From positions 77,317,339 through 77,381,338 of the forward strand of contig NC_057719.1 in NCBI RefSeq assembly GCF_004010195.1: 64,000 nucleotides of DNA, read 5' to 3'. Numbering within the stretch: position 1 is the stretch's first letter; each line of letters begins with the position of its first letter. This document shows, piece after piece, positions 62,340-64,000 of the stretch. This DNA is from Chiloscyllium plagiosum (taxonomy: Eukaryota). Made by a program: the position numbers and the translations under genes. Below the pieces are notes generated by a model, which worked only from the letters and a program-made list of their open reading frames with translations, had not been told where the DNA came from and searched no databases.

Positions 62340-62648
62340 TTCATGGGGAAGTCCAGAACTAGAGGGCATAGGTTTAGGATGATAGGGGAAAGATATAGAA
62401 GTGACCTAAGGGGCAACTTTTTCACACAGAGGGTTGTATGTGTATGGAATGAGCTGCCAGAGGAAGTGGTGTAGGCTGGTACAATTGCAACATTTAAAAG
62501 GCATCTGGATGGGTATATGAATAGGAAGGGTTTGGATGGATATGGGCCAGGTGCTGGCAGGTGGGACTAGATTAGGTTGGGATATCTGGTCGGCATGGAC
62601 AAGTTGGACAGAAGGGTCTGTTTCCATGCAGTATATCTCTATGTCTTT
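62340..62648 (+). mobile_element. CR1 3' end
   Basis: gtccagaactagagggcataggtttagg...gaagggtctgtttccatgcagtatatctctatg. Confidence 0.92.
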
Positions 62649-63070
62649 ATGTGTGGTGGGCAAGTTGTTGATTCCTGAGGCACAAGATTTACATGCATTT
62701 GGAAAGGCAAGGACTGATGAGGGATAGTCAACATGGCTTTGTGCATGGGAAATTGTGTCTCACTAATATGAATGTTTTGAAGAAGTGACAAAGAGGATTG
62801 ATGAGTACAGAGTATTGGGCGTGGTCTATACAGATCTTTGTAAGGCTATTGACAAGGTTCCAAATGGTAGACTGTTTAACAAGGTTAGATCACATGGAAT
62901 ACAAGGACAGCGAGCAATCTGGATACAAAATTGGCTCATAGGCAGGAAATAGAGGATGGTAGTGGAGGGTTGCTTTTCAGACTGGAGGCCTGTGAGCAGC
63001 AGTATGCACAAGGATCAGTGCTGGGTCCATTGCTTTTTGTCATTTATTTCAATGATTTGGATGTGAATCT
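62649..63070 (+). mobile_element. CR1 RT internal fragment
   Basis: VVGKLL, SQHGFVHGKLCLTN, DKVPNGRL, GSVLGPLLFVIYFNDLD. Confidence 0.9.
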
Positions 63071-63072
63071 TT

Positions 63073-63895
63073 AAGGGGCCCTATTCTCTGCCTAGTTACT
63101 CCTTTATCTGTAACATATTTGTAGGATTTTCCTTAATCCTATTTGCCAAAACTATCTCATGTCCACTTTGTTCCCTCCTGATTTCCCTCTTAAGTATACC
63201 TTTACTGCCTTTATACTCTCCTAGGGATTTACATGATCTCTACTGTGTATACCTAACAAATGCTTCCTTCTTATTCTTGATCTAAACCTCAATTTCTCTA
63301 GTCATCCAGCATTCCCTACATGTCCCAGCCTTGCCCTTCATCCTAACAGGTACATACTGTCCCTGGACTCTTATTACCTCATTTTTGAAGGTTACCAATT
63401 TTCGAGCCATGCCTTTACCTGAAAACATCTGCCCCCAGTCAACCTTTGAAAGTTCTTGCTTAATATTGTCAAAATTGTCCTTTCTCCAATTTAGAACTTT
63501 AATTTTTAAATCTGGTCTATTCTTTTCCATCATTATTTTAAAATTGGCACCAAAGTGCTCCCTCACTGACAACTCAGTCACTTGCCCTGTCTTATTTCCC
63601 AAGCATAGGTCAAGTTTTGTACCTTCTCTAGTGCCTTCTCTACATCCACATACTGAATCAGAAAATTTTCTTGTACACATTTAAATTCCTCTCCATCCAA
63701 GCCCTTAACACTATAGCAGTCCCAGTCTACATTTGGAAAGTTAAAATGCCCTACCATTACAACCTAATTATTCTTACAGATAACTGAAATCTCTTTAGCA
63801 AATTCATTTCTCAATTTCCCACTGACCATTGGGGGGAAGGATAATACAATCCCAATAAGGTGATCATCTGTTTCTTATTTCTCAGTTCCAACCAA
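63073..63895 (-). mobile_element. CR1 endonuclease/linker fragment, inverted relative to its neighbour
   Basis: TREGTKLDLCLGNKTGQV..VLNWRKDNFDNIKQELSKVDW; collinear with 27000-27830. Confidence 0.9.
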
Positions 63896-64000
63896 ATATG
63901 CTGCTTTCTTCATGTTTTCCTTTCCTTACGAGTACTTTATTGACAGGTTAACTCAAATACTGGCACTTAATCTGTGATCATGCCCATTGACCCAATCTCC

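Overview
Repeat-rich, AT-rich vertebrate genomic DNA with four assembly gaps. The repeat set points to a cartilaginous fish, probably a shark: HE1-type tRNA SINEs, HER1/CR1 LINEs, SacSINE/Deu-type SINEs and Penelope-like elements. No intact or recognisable host protein-coding gene is present. The ORFs I can assign are decayed transposon sequence or read through N gaps; the rest are short and unassigned. The window looks like a large intron or gene desert and contains many CR1 fragments (three keep the 5'UTR and ORF1), a decayed Penelope-like RT/GIY-YIG element, Rex1, Tx1 and L2-like pieces, a Harbinger transposase relic, two Tigger-like MITEs, LTR-like segments, a few weak candidate exons and several repeat-free enhancer-like blocks. 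The most striking signal is more than a dozen minimal hammerhead-ribozyme motifs (CUGANGA-stem II-GAAA-palindromic stem III) in at least five Penelope-end subfamilies with covarying stems. Many sit in short fold-back insertions with 7-17 bp target-site duplications (TSDs) that nest into SINEs, LINEs and each other. All family names come from recognising motifs by eye, not from a database search, and boundaries of old repeats are approximate.
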